A stretch of DNA of 64,000 nucleotides from Lama glama (Eukaryota). Shown here piece after piece: positions 13,438-25,668 of this stretch. Under the pieces are notes generated by a model that saw only the letters and a list, made by a program, of their open reading frames with translations, did no database searches and was not told the DNA's origin. The stretch spans positions 30,072,001 through 30,136,000 of the forward strand of contig CM052818.1 of NCBI GenBank assembly GCA_028534125.1, read 5' to 3'. Position numbers and translations under genes: made by a program. Numbering within the stretch: the first letter of the stretch is position 1; each line of letters starts with the position of its first letter.

Positions 13438-13587
13438 CTGAAATGCCAGGACTTGAAGGATTTGATAAAGGTTTGGAACCTTCTGAAGATGGTTCTATTC
13501 CTTTAGAAAGAGATCCATCCACTAGTATATCAGCTTCATCAATATCATCACAGGTTCCTCCAATTTGGAGAAAATGAAGTTCACCAC
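13438..13587 (-). CDS. BIRC6: BIRC6 exon 11 (150 nt) GGELHFLQIGG...PSSPGIS
   Basis: acceptor accatag|G, donor CAG|GTATGA. Confidence 0.94.
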
Positions 13588-14169
13588 CTATGGTGTAGTA
13601 GAATTCCATCAACATAGATACATGTAAAACAGGTAAGCATGAAAATGTACACTACTTAGTTAAGAAACTTAATTTATTTCAGTATCACTCAAACGGCAAA
13701 TAAAGTCTACCAAAATGATATCTTCAAGAATTTAGAAATCAAATTGTCAAAGAATTACAAACTGAAAATTAAATTTAATGAAGAAAATGGCAAATACATA
13801 AACATATGTAAAAGTGGTTATTTATCTAGTACTTACTATGTGTAAGACACTATTTCAAATGCTTAAATCAGTTCATTTAGTCTTCACAAAAACCCTGAAG
13901 GTAGGGGGGAATACTGTGGCCACTTTACAGATGAGGAAATTAATGCACTAACTATATTGGGATCCACAGCTCAATCCCTTAATCATAGCAGTAACAAAAC
14001 TGAACAAAGATTCTCAATTGTTTTGAAGTATTCACAATGAAATGAAACCAAATCAAGCTTCTATTTCTCATATTTCTAACACAGAAAAAAATGGAAATCA
14101 AGCTTAGCAAATATTTAAGATCAAAGGGAAAAAAAAAACAATGGATAAAAGTATATATTCTAACAAGAA

Positions 14170-16430
14170 TATCTGAAGAGTCACTTCCAACATAAAAGAA
14201 TAAAGAACACATAAATCCTATTCCTGAAAAGCAACTATAAAGCTAGACAAAACTATCATTTAACAAGGGTGAGTTAAACCATGAAAACCAACAGATTTCC
14301 TCCTACTCCTACTGGGGGCTCACTGGATTTGGAAAGCTTGTCTGCTTAAAGTGGTTCAGTGGCGAAAAGGCCCATCAACTCTACTTTCCAAAGTCAAGAT
14401 CCTGTCTGGGCCAGCAAATCACTAGAAGTAACCATTTATTTAACACAGAATTACAAAAAGTGAGAGAAATACAGGGGGCTTGGTAAACTTTCCCTATATC
14501 CCACAATGATCAGTGGTTACACATATGTGTAGCAAAGAACAAAAAGCTATGACATCAACACATTGCCAGTAGCTAAGCCCCGGTGCCTATGCAAAAAAGA
14601 CCTGAAAAGGCACAACAAAAAATAAAAATAAAGAAAATAAAAGCCAGGGCACACTTGAACACAACCTTACCAGTAAAGGTATTTGGTCACAACCAATTAT
14701 AAAAATCTTTGGCTGAATACTAAACTATGTGGACAAAGAGGCAACAAATAAGAAACAAGTCTTAAAAAATAAAAAACAGAGGAGGAAAAAAAATGAAAGA
14801 AACATCAGTGGCTACTCACTGCAAAAGAAATAGATTTCACAGATTCAGTCCAGGTAGGCTTTCAAACAACTAATGCAACAAAGACCTCCAGAGAGGGGAA
14901 AATCAGAATCCAGAGTTTTTACAGTGTTATTTAAAATGTCCAGCATTAAATTAAAAATTATAAGACTTGTGAAGAAAGAATGACCCCCACTCAAGAAAAC
15001 AAAATCAATGAGAACTATTTCTGAGAGCCCAGATTTAGACTTAGCAGACAGACTTCAAAGACACTACTGTAAATATTTTTATAGAATAAAAGGAAACCAA
15101 GTATAGAGAATTAAAGAACAAATGGTAAACATGACTTGACACATAAAGAATCCCAACAAAGAAATAGAAATTATTTTAAAAGAACCAAAGGGAATTCTTA
15201 GAGTTGAAAAGTGACATAGCTAAAATAAAAAGTTTACTAGAGCAACTCAATGCAGATTTAAGACCGCAACAGAAGGAAACAGTGAAATAAAAATAGATCA
15301 ACAGTTGTGTGTTATATATGAAAGTCGTTAAGGGTAAACCTTAAGAATTCTCATAAATAATGATAAATCAATAGAAATTAACCAATCAGAGTAACAGAAA
15401 AGATTTTAAAAGTCAAAAGCACATCAGATGGGAGGGTATAGCTTAGTGGTAGAGTGCATGTTTAGCATGCACAAGGTCCTGGGTTTGATTCCTAGTACCT
15501 CTGTTAAAAAAATAAATAAATAAACCTAATTGCCTTCCCCACCAAAATAAATAAATAAATAAGTTTTTAAACTATTAAAAATGAAAAAAAAAAAAAAAGC
15601 GCTCCAGAGACCTATGGGACAGATCAAGTATAAGAGCACACACTTACTGGGAAATCCAGAAAGAGAAAAGTATAGAAAAAATTTTTTGAAGAAATAGTAG
15701 CCTAAAACTTCCCAAATCTGATTAAAAAAACATTTCACTACAAATCTAATCAGTTCAATGACTCTCAAGTAGGATAAAATACAAAATCTACAGATGCATA
15801 CATTATATTCAAACTGCTAAAAGTCAAGATCAATGAGAAAATCTTGAAAGCAGCCAACAACTCATCATAGGCATGGGAACTACAATGCAAACTGGTTACA
15901 GCTTCCTTAGAAACAATGAAGGCCAGAAGGAACTAGAATAACGTGCAGGAACAGTCAATCAATAATATTACATACAGCACCACTCTTCAAAAATGAATGT
16001 GAAATAAAGACATTTTCAGATAAACAGAGACTGGGTTCTTTGCTAGCAGATCTGCCTTACCATAAGTACTGAAGGAAGTCTTTTTTTTTTAGTGATGAAA
16101 GAAGTGATGAACACCAAAATCACAAGAAAAAAAAAATAGGGTACTAGAAACGGTAAGTAGGTGAACATTATATATGTATTTCTCACTTCTTTGTTAACTT
16201 TTTTAAAAAATGAAGACTTTTTTAAAAATAAAGTAACACTTTTTGGTTGGATTTATAATTCATCTAAATGCAATATATAAGACAACAGTAGCACAAAGAT
16301 GGGGAAGAGAAAGCTTAGAGCAAAGTTTCTCTATTTTACTAGAATTAAGTTGGTATTATTCTGAAGTAGACTGTGATAAATCACTAAAAAGATAACTCTA
16401 AAAAAAGTATTAAAAATAAAAGTCAACACA
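14170..16430 (+). mobile_element. Old L1 (L1M-type) 5' region and decayed ORF1
   Basis: A-rich plus strand; ORF1-like segments (AAAACTTCCCAAAT, GAAAATCTTGAAAGCAGCCA, GAAATAAAGACATTTTCAGATAAACA). Confidence 0.75.
15430..15598 (+). mobile_element. tRNA-derived SINE (camelid Vic-1-like), nested in L1
   Basis: GGGAGGGTATAGCTTAGTGGTAGAG head with A/B boxes, AAACCTAATT..CCCC body, A tail. Confidence 0.85.
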
Positions 16431-16434
16431 AGTA

Positions 16435-16760
16435 CCAGTCACGTCATACCAAATGGCAGAGTAGGAAGCTCTGGGGTGAAGCACTAGAGGTCAGTACCTC
16501 CATCATAGCAACCGCTGAACTAGAAAGAGTGACTGGAATTAAGTATTTCAGAATTCTGGAACCTAACAAGAAACTTACAACAACCTAAAGAGTGCTCTGA
16601 TTAAGTGAGAGCCTGCTGATCTTTCATATGGGTGGCCTGAACAAACCAGCTGCCATGCCCATTCCTCAGTGCTATTGCAGCTGTGGGAAAAGTGGTCCAC
16701 ATTTCTGGAGTGGCTGGTGGTGCCAGGATGGGCAGTAGGGACCCTGTTTCCTTGTTTCAT
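16435..16760 (+). mobile_element. Second L1 5'-end fragment
   Basis: AAATGGCAGAGTAGGAAGCTC start typical of old L1 5' UTRs; GC-richer than flanks. Confidence 0.45.
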
Positions 16761-17300
16761 ATAAATATTAGTATATATGTACATATAATATGTATATATT
16801 TTTACGTGTATAGTCTATTTCCAAATTTTAATCACAGACAGCTGCACCAAATTTACTTTCAGTATATTATTAACATTACTTAAAGTTAACTTGCAACATT
16901 CATTAATTGTAGATTTTTTTCAAGACTCAGTGTTTCTCCATGAGAAAAAGAGCTTTATGCTATTTGAATATACACATAAAACAGTGTCAAATCCATTTGA
17001 TTTACAGTCTGCAGTGCTTTTTAAAAGTCTACTTTATGGATTGTCATACATACATTTTAAAACATCAACCTTTCTGTCCTCTTTATTGCTATTAATCTCA
17101 TCTTTTCAAATAACATCTTGATCAGTCAATCCTTAAAGAACTGGGGGATAATTTTCAAAGTGGTTAATGTTTCAGGCTTTGTCTTGTCCTTCAATTCATC
17201 TGAATAAATTCCCTATCATATGAGATCACTTCCAAGAAATTTTCATTGTCCAAATTCTTTGAATACACTAATCTATTATAGCTTAAAATACTACTTCCCA

Positions 17301-17443
17301 GGGGGAGTGGTAGAGCACAGGCTTAGCATGCACAAGACCCTGGGTTCAATCCACAGTACTTTCATTAAAAAACAAACAAACAAAAAACTAATAATAAATA
17401 GACCTACTGATCTCCCCACCCAAAAAAAAAAATTAAAAATTAA
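17301..17443 (+). mobile_element. Vic-1-like SINE with 15-bp TSD
   Basis: B box GGTTCAATCC; TSD AAAATACTACTTCCC at 17285-17299 and 17444-17458. Confidence 0.88.
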
Positions 17444-17689
17444 AAAATACTACTTCCCCTCTGAATCACCAAAAGCATATCTCATCAAATAATTCAAATC
17501 ATTAAACTCTGATAGCACTTCTGGAAACTACTAGTATTTTATGAGGATGTGCCCTGAGACCATGTCACTCAGGTTCTAAACCTCCACTTCAGATGGGTAA
17601 TGGCAAATTAAATTGTTTTCCTTTTTTGTATCTTCCAGATCAAAAGATTCCAAAAAATTCAAAGGATGAGTCTCCAGTTTTATTAAATT

Positions 17690-17925
17690 CTGGCAGTTTA
17701 ACGTGGTTTTAGCACTCTAATGACAGACTGCCCAGGTTTGAATGCTGACTCTGTCATTTATTAGCTCTGCAACTTAGGCAAATTACTTAGCCTCTCTTTC
17801 TCTCAGTTTCCTTATCTGTAAAATGGAGACAATAATAGTACATATCCCACAAAGTTGGTGTGATGACTAAAATAAACAGAGTTAAAGCTCTCACAGAAAT
17901 GAACTGGCACATACAAGATAATAAG
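17690..17925 (+). mobile_element. MIR SINE
   Basis: core CTCAGTTTCCTTATCTGTAAAATGGAGACAATAATAGTA. Confidence 0.8.
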
Positions 17926-18956
17926 TTCAAATTATCCTTGATATCACACAGTATTTTAATGGTTTTTCTGAAAATTTTATTAGTCTAAAGTTACTCTGCA
18001 CTGCCCACTTTTTAAAATAATCTAGTTGGGTTTTGACATTATTTGGAGAGTTTTTCGCTCTGTTATTTCACTAGATGTGTTTCAAAGCAGGCAATCCAAA
18101 TCACTACGTTCATCATTACCCTTCTTAGCCAAACTCTTGAAATATTTTTAAATAGAAGAAAAATTCAGGTTAATTCACACCAGAACCACAAATGAGATGT
18201 ACAACTCTTTCCAAACTCAGTTCCTCCTCCAAGCATTGGTTATAGTTTCTTAGGCTTCAAGTATCTCCTGGCCTTAATTCCCACTAATCAATACTGCCTG
18301 ATATTGTCAGTAATTCTATATAAAAATTGCTTTATCTCTCTAACTTTATTAAAGTGTATATTAAGAAAAGCAGGAAAAAATTGAACATTATCTGTTACTC
18401 AATATGGCGGCCTTAAATGCTGTAAAACTGATTCACTCTCAGCAAAAGGTTAGGAGTAAGTAAGACAAGAAAAAATTATTTGGCAAAACTAATAATTATT
18501 TACTAAATACTTTTATTTTAGAAGGAAATATCTGTGCCAGAAACTTTACATATATTATTTCATTTAATTCTGTCAAGCCTGGGAATAGGCTGCTTTTTTG
18601 TAGTTTATAAATAAAGAAACAAAGGTTTACTGAGTTTAACTTGCCCAAGGTCACAAATTTGAGCAAATGCAGAGTCAGGACTCACAGAAACAACAGGTTA
18701 CTGTCTTGAGGCTAAAGCAGAGAAGATAGTTTCTGAGAGATTTATTGACTTATTTACAACTAGACTCTTACCTAGGGCAGTAAAAAAAAAGTCTTAAGAA
18801 CAGTTAAAACAGTAGAAAGATTTCTCACTTCAGTATAAAAAAAAAATCTCTCCATCTATACAGATCTAAAATTCATGCTAGGTATGCACATAAATGAATG
18901 CTATATACACTAATTTTATAAGATTTATAGAAGAATCAAACAAATCAACAGCTTAC

Positions 18957-20351
18957 CTTTGGTGCATGCACACAGCCTGTCTGTGCCCGAGCAGTAAATG
19001 ACAGAAACAAATGTGTCCTGTTCCTCAGTGCCCTCCTTTTTGGGAGGTTCCACTTTGGCCAAAATTTCAAAGTTTGAAAGATCTAATATTTTTACATATC
19101 CTCCCTGAGTGGTTATTACCAGGTGTCCAAGAGTAGAAATATCAGATTTTTTTTCTCTCTCAATGCCATTCTTTGAGGTTAACTGCATTTCCTCAGCAGG
19201 TTCCTCACAGTCATCCTCTCGATTATCCAGTATATCTGGTGGAAGCAAAATGAGCGAGGTAATTGTGTCCTGGGGATCTTTGATATGTTGGATTTTTATT
19301 GGCTCCTCTTCTAAAGTCACTATCCGAGTGGCGTAATTCATTTTATAAAGTATTAAATATCCACCACTACCATTCCTCTGCTCAGGTTGAATTATCAAAG
19401 GAGTCTGTACATCTGCTGGTGATTCGTGTTGGATTATACTAATATTTGCACCATTCACTACAGCAAGATTTGATTCCAGTTCACCTTTCCGTCTATTACA
19501 TAGTGCAGAGTTTAATTTATTTAAATTATTCAAGGCCTCTACTTGATTTATTGCACTCAAGGATTCAACAGGGCATGTCCGCAGTCCTACCAACAAATGA
19601 ATTCCATCAGCACAAGGAGTTATTGAGTCTATACAAAGATTCTCCTCCTCTGCAAACTTTGGCAGCCTCAAACACTGAACCAAAGTCCCCGGCTTGGGAA
19701 ACACAGAGTTCCACTTCTCAGAATCTGGAGAGGTAAGGTTGGCTGCTGCATCTGCAAATTGTTGAATGTAAGTCACAGGAGGATCCTGCAACAACAATTG
19801 CTCCTGACTATCCAGCTCCATTTCAATAATCTGTGGAACTGTAAAACCATCATCATGCAAACTTTTACTCATTATATTGTTCATCTGTGAAAAGATTTTT
19901 CCTGCTTTCTCATCAGACTCCTTGATGCTATAAAGAAGCAAAATGGGTAAAGTCCTCCTCACCAGAGGAGAATTCAATTCTGAATTAGTGCAGGATTCAT
20001 TGTCAGTTGACCCTTGTTCTGATATACTTTCACCCTGAGTTCTGCTTAAACCATCCAGTGACCTGTGAGAATTACTACTAACGGGTGAGGTAGCAGGAGA
20101 TTTATATGTTAATAAACCTCCAGCTAATAAACATGGAAAGGGAATGTTGTGTTGTTCCTGGTGCTTTTCTTTTGTCTTTTCACTCTTAGAGTTGGTTAAA
20201 CAAGGATTTGCCCCAAGTTCTTCAAGATCCTTAACAGTATCTTCAAGCACATTTGCAACAATCTCCCACTGAAGTTTTTCTGGCTGCTGGAGAATGCTGA
20301 GTGCTGTTATATCAAGGCTTACTTCCATGGCTTCCTTCTGTGATGTATGCC
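18957..20351 (-). CDS. BIRC6: BIRC6 exon 10 (1395 nt) (G)HTSQKEAMEVSLD...DRLCACTK
   Basis: 467-aa ORF 18925-20328; acceptor ttttcaaag|G, donor AAG|GTAAGC. Confidence 0.97.
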
Positions 20352-23300
20352 CTTTGAAAAGGAATAATATTCATTAGAAATGGCCTTGTGAATATAAATC
20401 AAAATCTGTACCACAAAATTTTCATTAATTTTTGTTTTTTTACTCTTCTAGTCAGTGCATTATAAGTACATCAGTGGAAGACTTTAAGGTCATTTAAATA
20501 AAATTTAATCAAAATTTAAAATTAAATTTAAAATTTAAATCTGAGATGAATCTACTCAGAAAAATCATGGAGGTACTGAAGAGACTCAAAAATCATTTTC
20601 AATTCAGAATACATTCTCCTGACAATTTGTGAGAAAAATCCTTTAAAAAAAATAGAAGGGTTAAAAAATGAAGGCATTATTATTAAAATAATAATTTCTG
20701 TGTTTCAATTCTAAACCAAAAAAATACTCATCATGCATGTGTCATTTATGTCCTTTGCAGAATATCCATGAAACATTACTGCCATCACAATTTATCTCCT
20801 CTGTCCCACCCCACCATGCTAATTATCAGTTGACTATTATAATACAAATTTAATTCTAATCTCAGCTCAGAATAAAAATAATAATTAGGAAGGAAAAGTT
20901 CACAAGATTTGTCATTTTAAGTGAAATATAAATGTCTTCTGTATTATCTGCTAATTTTTAGTTCATTTAAAGTCAACGATACTGCATGACCCCTTACTGA
21001 CCTTTTGTCTATCATGTGCTCTGGAAGCTGTCCCCTTACAAATAGTATAAAGGTCATTTCTCAGTCTCAATGCCCCACAAATGCCATCTCTCGCTACACA
21101 AAACCCCAACTCAGATGTCAGTCAACCCCTAAACCAGGCATAATCTCCTGATACTGACCTGAAAGTTTCAATCAATCTGCTTTTTTTTTCTCAATAGCAC
21201 AAACTATTAGGCAACAACTAATTATATTAGCAACAATAATGTAAAGTTCACTCTATGTAACTTGCAGAAAGACCACGAAAACTGGAATTGGCTTTACAAT
21301 TTTAGATTGAGAAGAACAAAGAAGAGTAAGGAAATAAGTATAAAATAACTCAAGGTGACTGCATGAAAGTTTGAAAGTTACCCAAGTAAAGGAATGAGCA
21401 ACAAAGAATCATGGAATATCAAACACCTGATATATAATAAAAGCTCTGTTCACCACTCCCCCACTTTTGTCAACCATTTCAATTAACAATATCTTCAAAA
21501 TGCTCCTAGACAGCTTTATCTAGTTTCTTCCCATTTCCTGACAGTGATCCCACTTCATATAATGATCACTATTATCGTCTAAAACTAAATCCATTTCCAG
21601 CTAAGCAGAAGAAAACTTTAGTTATAAACTTAACTTAATTGTACCAATAAAGCTGTTTGTTTACACTTACCCACTCATTTAACTATACTGACATGCAACC
21701 TTTATACTGGCATTTAATATTTATATTTACTTTATTTTACTAATTTAGGTATGAAGTTGAAAGTTGATAGTCAGATTTTTATAACATGTAATACACTAAT
21801 AAATCTTCAGGATGATAACTATCCATTGGTCTAAACTAAAACTTAACAGATTGTTCTTTTAAAGTTATGGTAGGAAATAGCCAAGAAAAAGTTATTTTAG
21901 TCTATGCACACATTAAAACAAAATAAATTAGCCATAAATTACATATATTAACACATATTTAAGACAATCAAAGTAAATGTCATGTGAGATGAGATTATTC
22001 ATTAAAAAGGAAAATATAACAGTGGCATTACTATTCTGCTTCTTCCCAACTAATTAATGTCTCGGATACAGCATATACTGTACATTCTCCTTAGAGGACT
22101 GACAAGGCACAATGACAACTGTCCAATACTGCAGTAAGGAAACCTGTTACCTTTGCTTGTCTTAGAATTTCTCAAATCTACTGGACCACAAAATAAATTT
22201 TTACAGAACAAACCTAAAAACATCCTACAGTATAGTATTCTTCAGATAATCATTTTGGTAAGTCCTTCTCTATTCTGCTTCCTTAGGTAGTGTCAATCCA
22301 CAGCTCTGCCAGCCAAACTCCAGAGGTTTAATCTAGGCATATTTCTAAAACCATCAAATTTCAATTTGAATCCGTCTTCAATCTCCTGCCAAAGATTCTT
22401 CCCACTCTTCACAAGAAGTTATATATCCTTAATTCTGATATATGGACCAAACACCAAATTTTTCTCTCTGACATCACTTAAATACTTTGAAAAGTCATAA
22501 CCTTCAAATGAAAAACAGACAAAAGTCTCTAGGTCTCCATGCACATTTCTGAAACTAAAAATATACTCTACAATTCTTCAGATTGTATCATTCAATTTGA
22601 TGGGAAGCACTCAGTTAGTAAATATAAGTTTTGAATAGCATCTACGATTTATTTTAGATACTTCAGGAAGAGAATACATCTCTCTTTAATATCACAAGCC
22701 TCCATAAATTCACCAACAGTCTCTCAACATAAAAGAATTAGCTTAGAAGATACATATTTTACTATTAATTAGTGAACTACTACTACTTAACAAATTCTCA
22801 AATGAGTCAATTACAAATTCTGAACTGGAAGGATTTTTTTCTCTTACCCTAGCCACCTTTTAATACTACTAAAATTTAGTTCAAACACTTTACTTTACAA
22901 AAGAAAAACTGACGCCCAGAGAGTTAGAGTGACCTGACAAGACCCAAGAGTTATATTGTAAAAGAGTTCAAACTCTAATCAGGTCTCCAAATGACCAGTG
23001 ACCAATGCATTATTCTTTATCAGATTTTTAAAAATTACAGTAGTAGTCCTTTTGTTCACAAAGGGGTAACAAAGTGGAAAAAGACCACACTTCATCAGAC
23101 TAAATTTTTTAAGTGCAATTAGTTATTTTTCCTAGAGCTAATTATACATTTGTACATTATTCAGGGCATTTTCCTATATTTGTGTTGATTTTTTTCATTG
23201 TTAAGAATAACCTTAAGAGAGGGTTAATCCAAAACCAGTCCAGTATTATGTTTGGTGGCTTTAAAAAAGATTTTACAACAAGTTAGAATTGAGAGCAGTC

Positions 23301-24131
23301 ACTATACTAATTTCTGACATATAACTTCGGTCAACGATATTATGCAAAATCAAGTCTCCTCTAAAGAGATTTAGTAAGTCATATACGTCCTTAGATCATG
23401 ACATCTGACATTAGAGGACAGCCTCTAATTTAATAACGGTCACTTTTTAAAATACTGGCTACTTCCCAGGTACTATGCTTTATATATTTTCATCTTAATC
23501 AATCCTCGAAATTCTATTAACAGATGTTAATATCACTATTTCATATATTAGGAAGTGTAATCAGACTATAATAGTGAGTTAGGATTTGAATTCTGACATA
23601 ATAAAACTATTTTGAGATGCCTTGTCTATAATATAACTACATTAAAATATGAGGCACACTCTTTAGACTTAACATTTCGTAAGTTAATTATCAAAGCAGC
23701 ATTTACTTGATTCTTTAATGTCCATGACTCTATACCTTAAAATTTACTCTCTATTCACCTGTTTTCTTCTAGGAATAAGAAATAATTAGTAATTATTAAT
23801 TTAAATGTTACTTTCATTTAACAACCCATTACACAAATAAGCTGAGCACATTTGGAAGAGTTTAATCTCAATTCCCTGTCCTTTGTGACAAAGATTTAAT
23901 AAAATTCATCTTAATTTCTTTGGCTCAAATAGGCGCTATTTAAATTTTAAATATGGAACTCTATATACATACTACTAATTCAAGATTTCTGATATACAAT
24001 ATTTGAATTTTCTGTGTGTATCTGTGAAAATTTAGAGTTTGCACTAATACAGAATTAACTGATATTTAGCATTATCCAGAAACAGTACAAATGCAAAGAT
24101 GTAAAAAACAGAATAACATTTTTTTACATAC

Positions 24132-24190
24132 CTGTCACAGAATCTGATCTGGAATGCTCTTCACTGTCTGAATCCTCCAGTAAATCATCA
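24132..24190 (-). CDS. BIRC6: BIRC6 exon 9 (59 nt) (S)DDLLEDSDSEEHSRSDSVT
   Basis: acceptor cttttaag|T, donor CAG|GTATGT; needed to convert phase 2 to phase 1. Confidence 0.94.
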
Positions 24191-25526
24191 CTTAAAAGAC
24201 AAAATAAAAATTAATTTCCATTTCAAAAAAGGTATATATAAGATGAGACAATAAAGAAAAGGTACAATGTTACAACCACTGTTTTGCATCTCAAACATAA
24301 GCATCATAGACAACTACTATAACTAGCTTATTTACTTGATCCTTCAGAGTTGTAAAAATTGTGATTAAATTTCCAAACAGATTTTTTTTAAAAACTAGCT
24401 TAAATGATATAAGTGGACTGAGACCCTAACTGATTAAAAATGCTAAAAATGAATCACTTTAAATCAACAAATAAATGTTTGCCTGAAATAGTTTGGAAAT
24501 CTCTAAAAATTTATAATAGAATTTGTAAGAATTTGAAGACTGAATAGGTATGACTAGGGATAGTTTGGGTAAAAAAAGCGAAAAAAAAGCAGCAGCTAAT
24601 AAAATCAAGCACAAGTTTCCAGTAGTAACATCACAACTATTCTGTTCCTGAATTAAGGAAAGTCACCCTAAAACCAAATAGAATAGCTATATAAATGTGT
24701 ATGTATGTGTAAGTTCTCACACAAATATGCATTTAATTTTTGTTTTGGGTTTGGGTTTTTTTGTTTGTTTGTTTGTTTTGTTTTTGCTTGTTTGGGAAGT
24801 GCTGTTAAGAACTCCTTGACAAGCAGGAAAACTACAACTCCTAACTTAGGAGTCAAGATAACAAGACAATATATAGCCCTTCTGCTCTTCACTCATGTGC
24901 CCAAGAAACTGCCAGGTTCTCCCTCTGCATCCAGCTTTATCCCTCACTCTCCATTGTTAGCAGACAAGAAAAAAGATGTAATTATAGATCATTCTAGCAC
25001 AATATTAGGCCGTGTCTGTACTAACAACCAGCATATCTACTACAGTTCTGAAATTATGATACTTAACTACGGAAATTAAAAGATGCATTTCACAGGAAGG
25101 AAAAGTAATTTTCCCTTTCTGAGACAATGTATTTTACTTTCATCTGAAATACCTAGGCATTTATGCTATTTTATATGAAATGTAAGCTGGTAATTCCCCT
25201 AAATAATGCTTAAGGTAATGTTTGAAATTGAGGTGGAGAGATACTTGCTTACATATTTCGGACAAAATTTCTGTGTTTTAGTTTTTTTCAAGTGGCAATA
25301 ATTGACCATAAATCAATTTTGAGCTATAATTCTAAAAATAACAAAAAGAATGTGAAAAAGATGAGCTGCTAATTAGCCTCAAGCTATTCAAATACTAACT
25401 GGCTAGTTTCAGAAAAATAATAAAGAAACCTGGAAAAATAAACCCTAAGAAGAAATATTAATGATTGGGAATTATCCAGAATGAAGTCCAAACCAAGAAG
25501 ACACAATTGGTTTCAAGAGTTTTTGA

Positions 25527-25668
25527 GGGGGGAGGGTATATAGCTCAGTGGTAGAGTGTGTGCTCAGCATGCACTAGGTCCTGGGTTCAATGCCCTGTCC
25601 CTTCATTAAAAAAAGTAAAAATAAATAAAACAAATTACCTTCCCCCTCAATGAAAAAAAAATTTTTAA
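25527..25668 (+). mobile_element. Vic-1-like SINE
   Basis: tRNA head; TSD GAGTTTTTG at 25517-25525 and 25670-25678. Confidence 0.85.

Noticed and set aside
15430..15500. tRNA-Ala-like sequences (here and at six other sites) as tRNA genes
   Set aside because: They have diverged stems, a shared non-tRNA body, A tails and TSDs, so they are SINE heads.
19109..19736. Plus-strand ORFs of 75 and 96 aa
   Set aside because: Antisense shadows of BIRC6 exon 10.
24705..25079. 124-aa plus-strand ORF
   Set aside because: Passes through a (TTTG)n microsatellite; no coding hallmarks.
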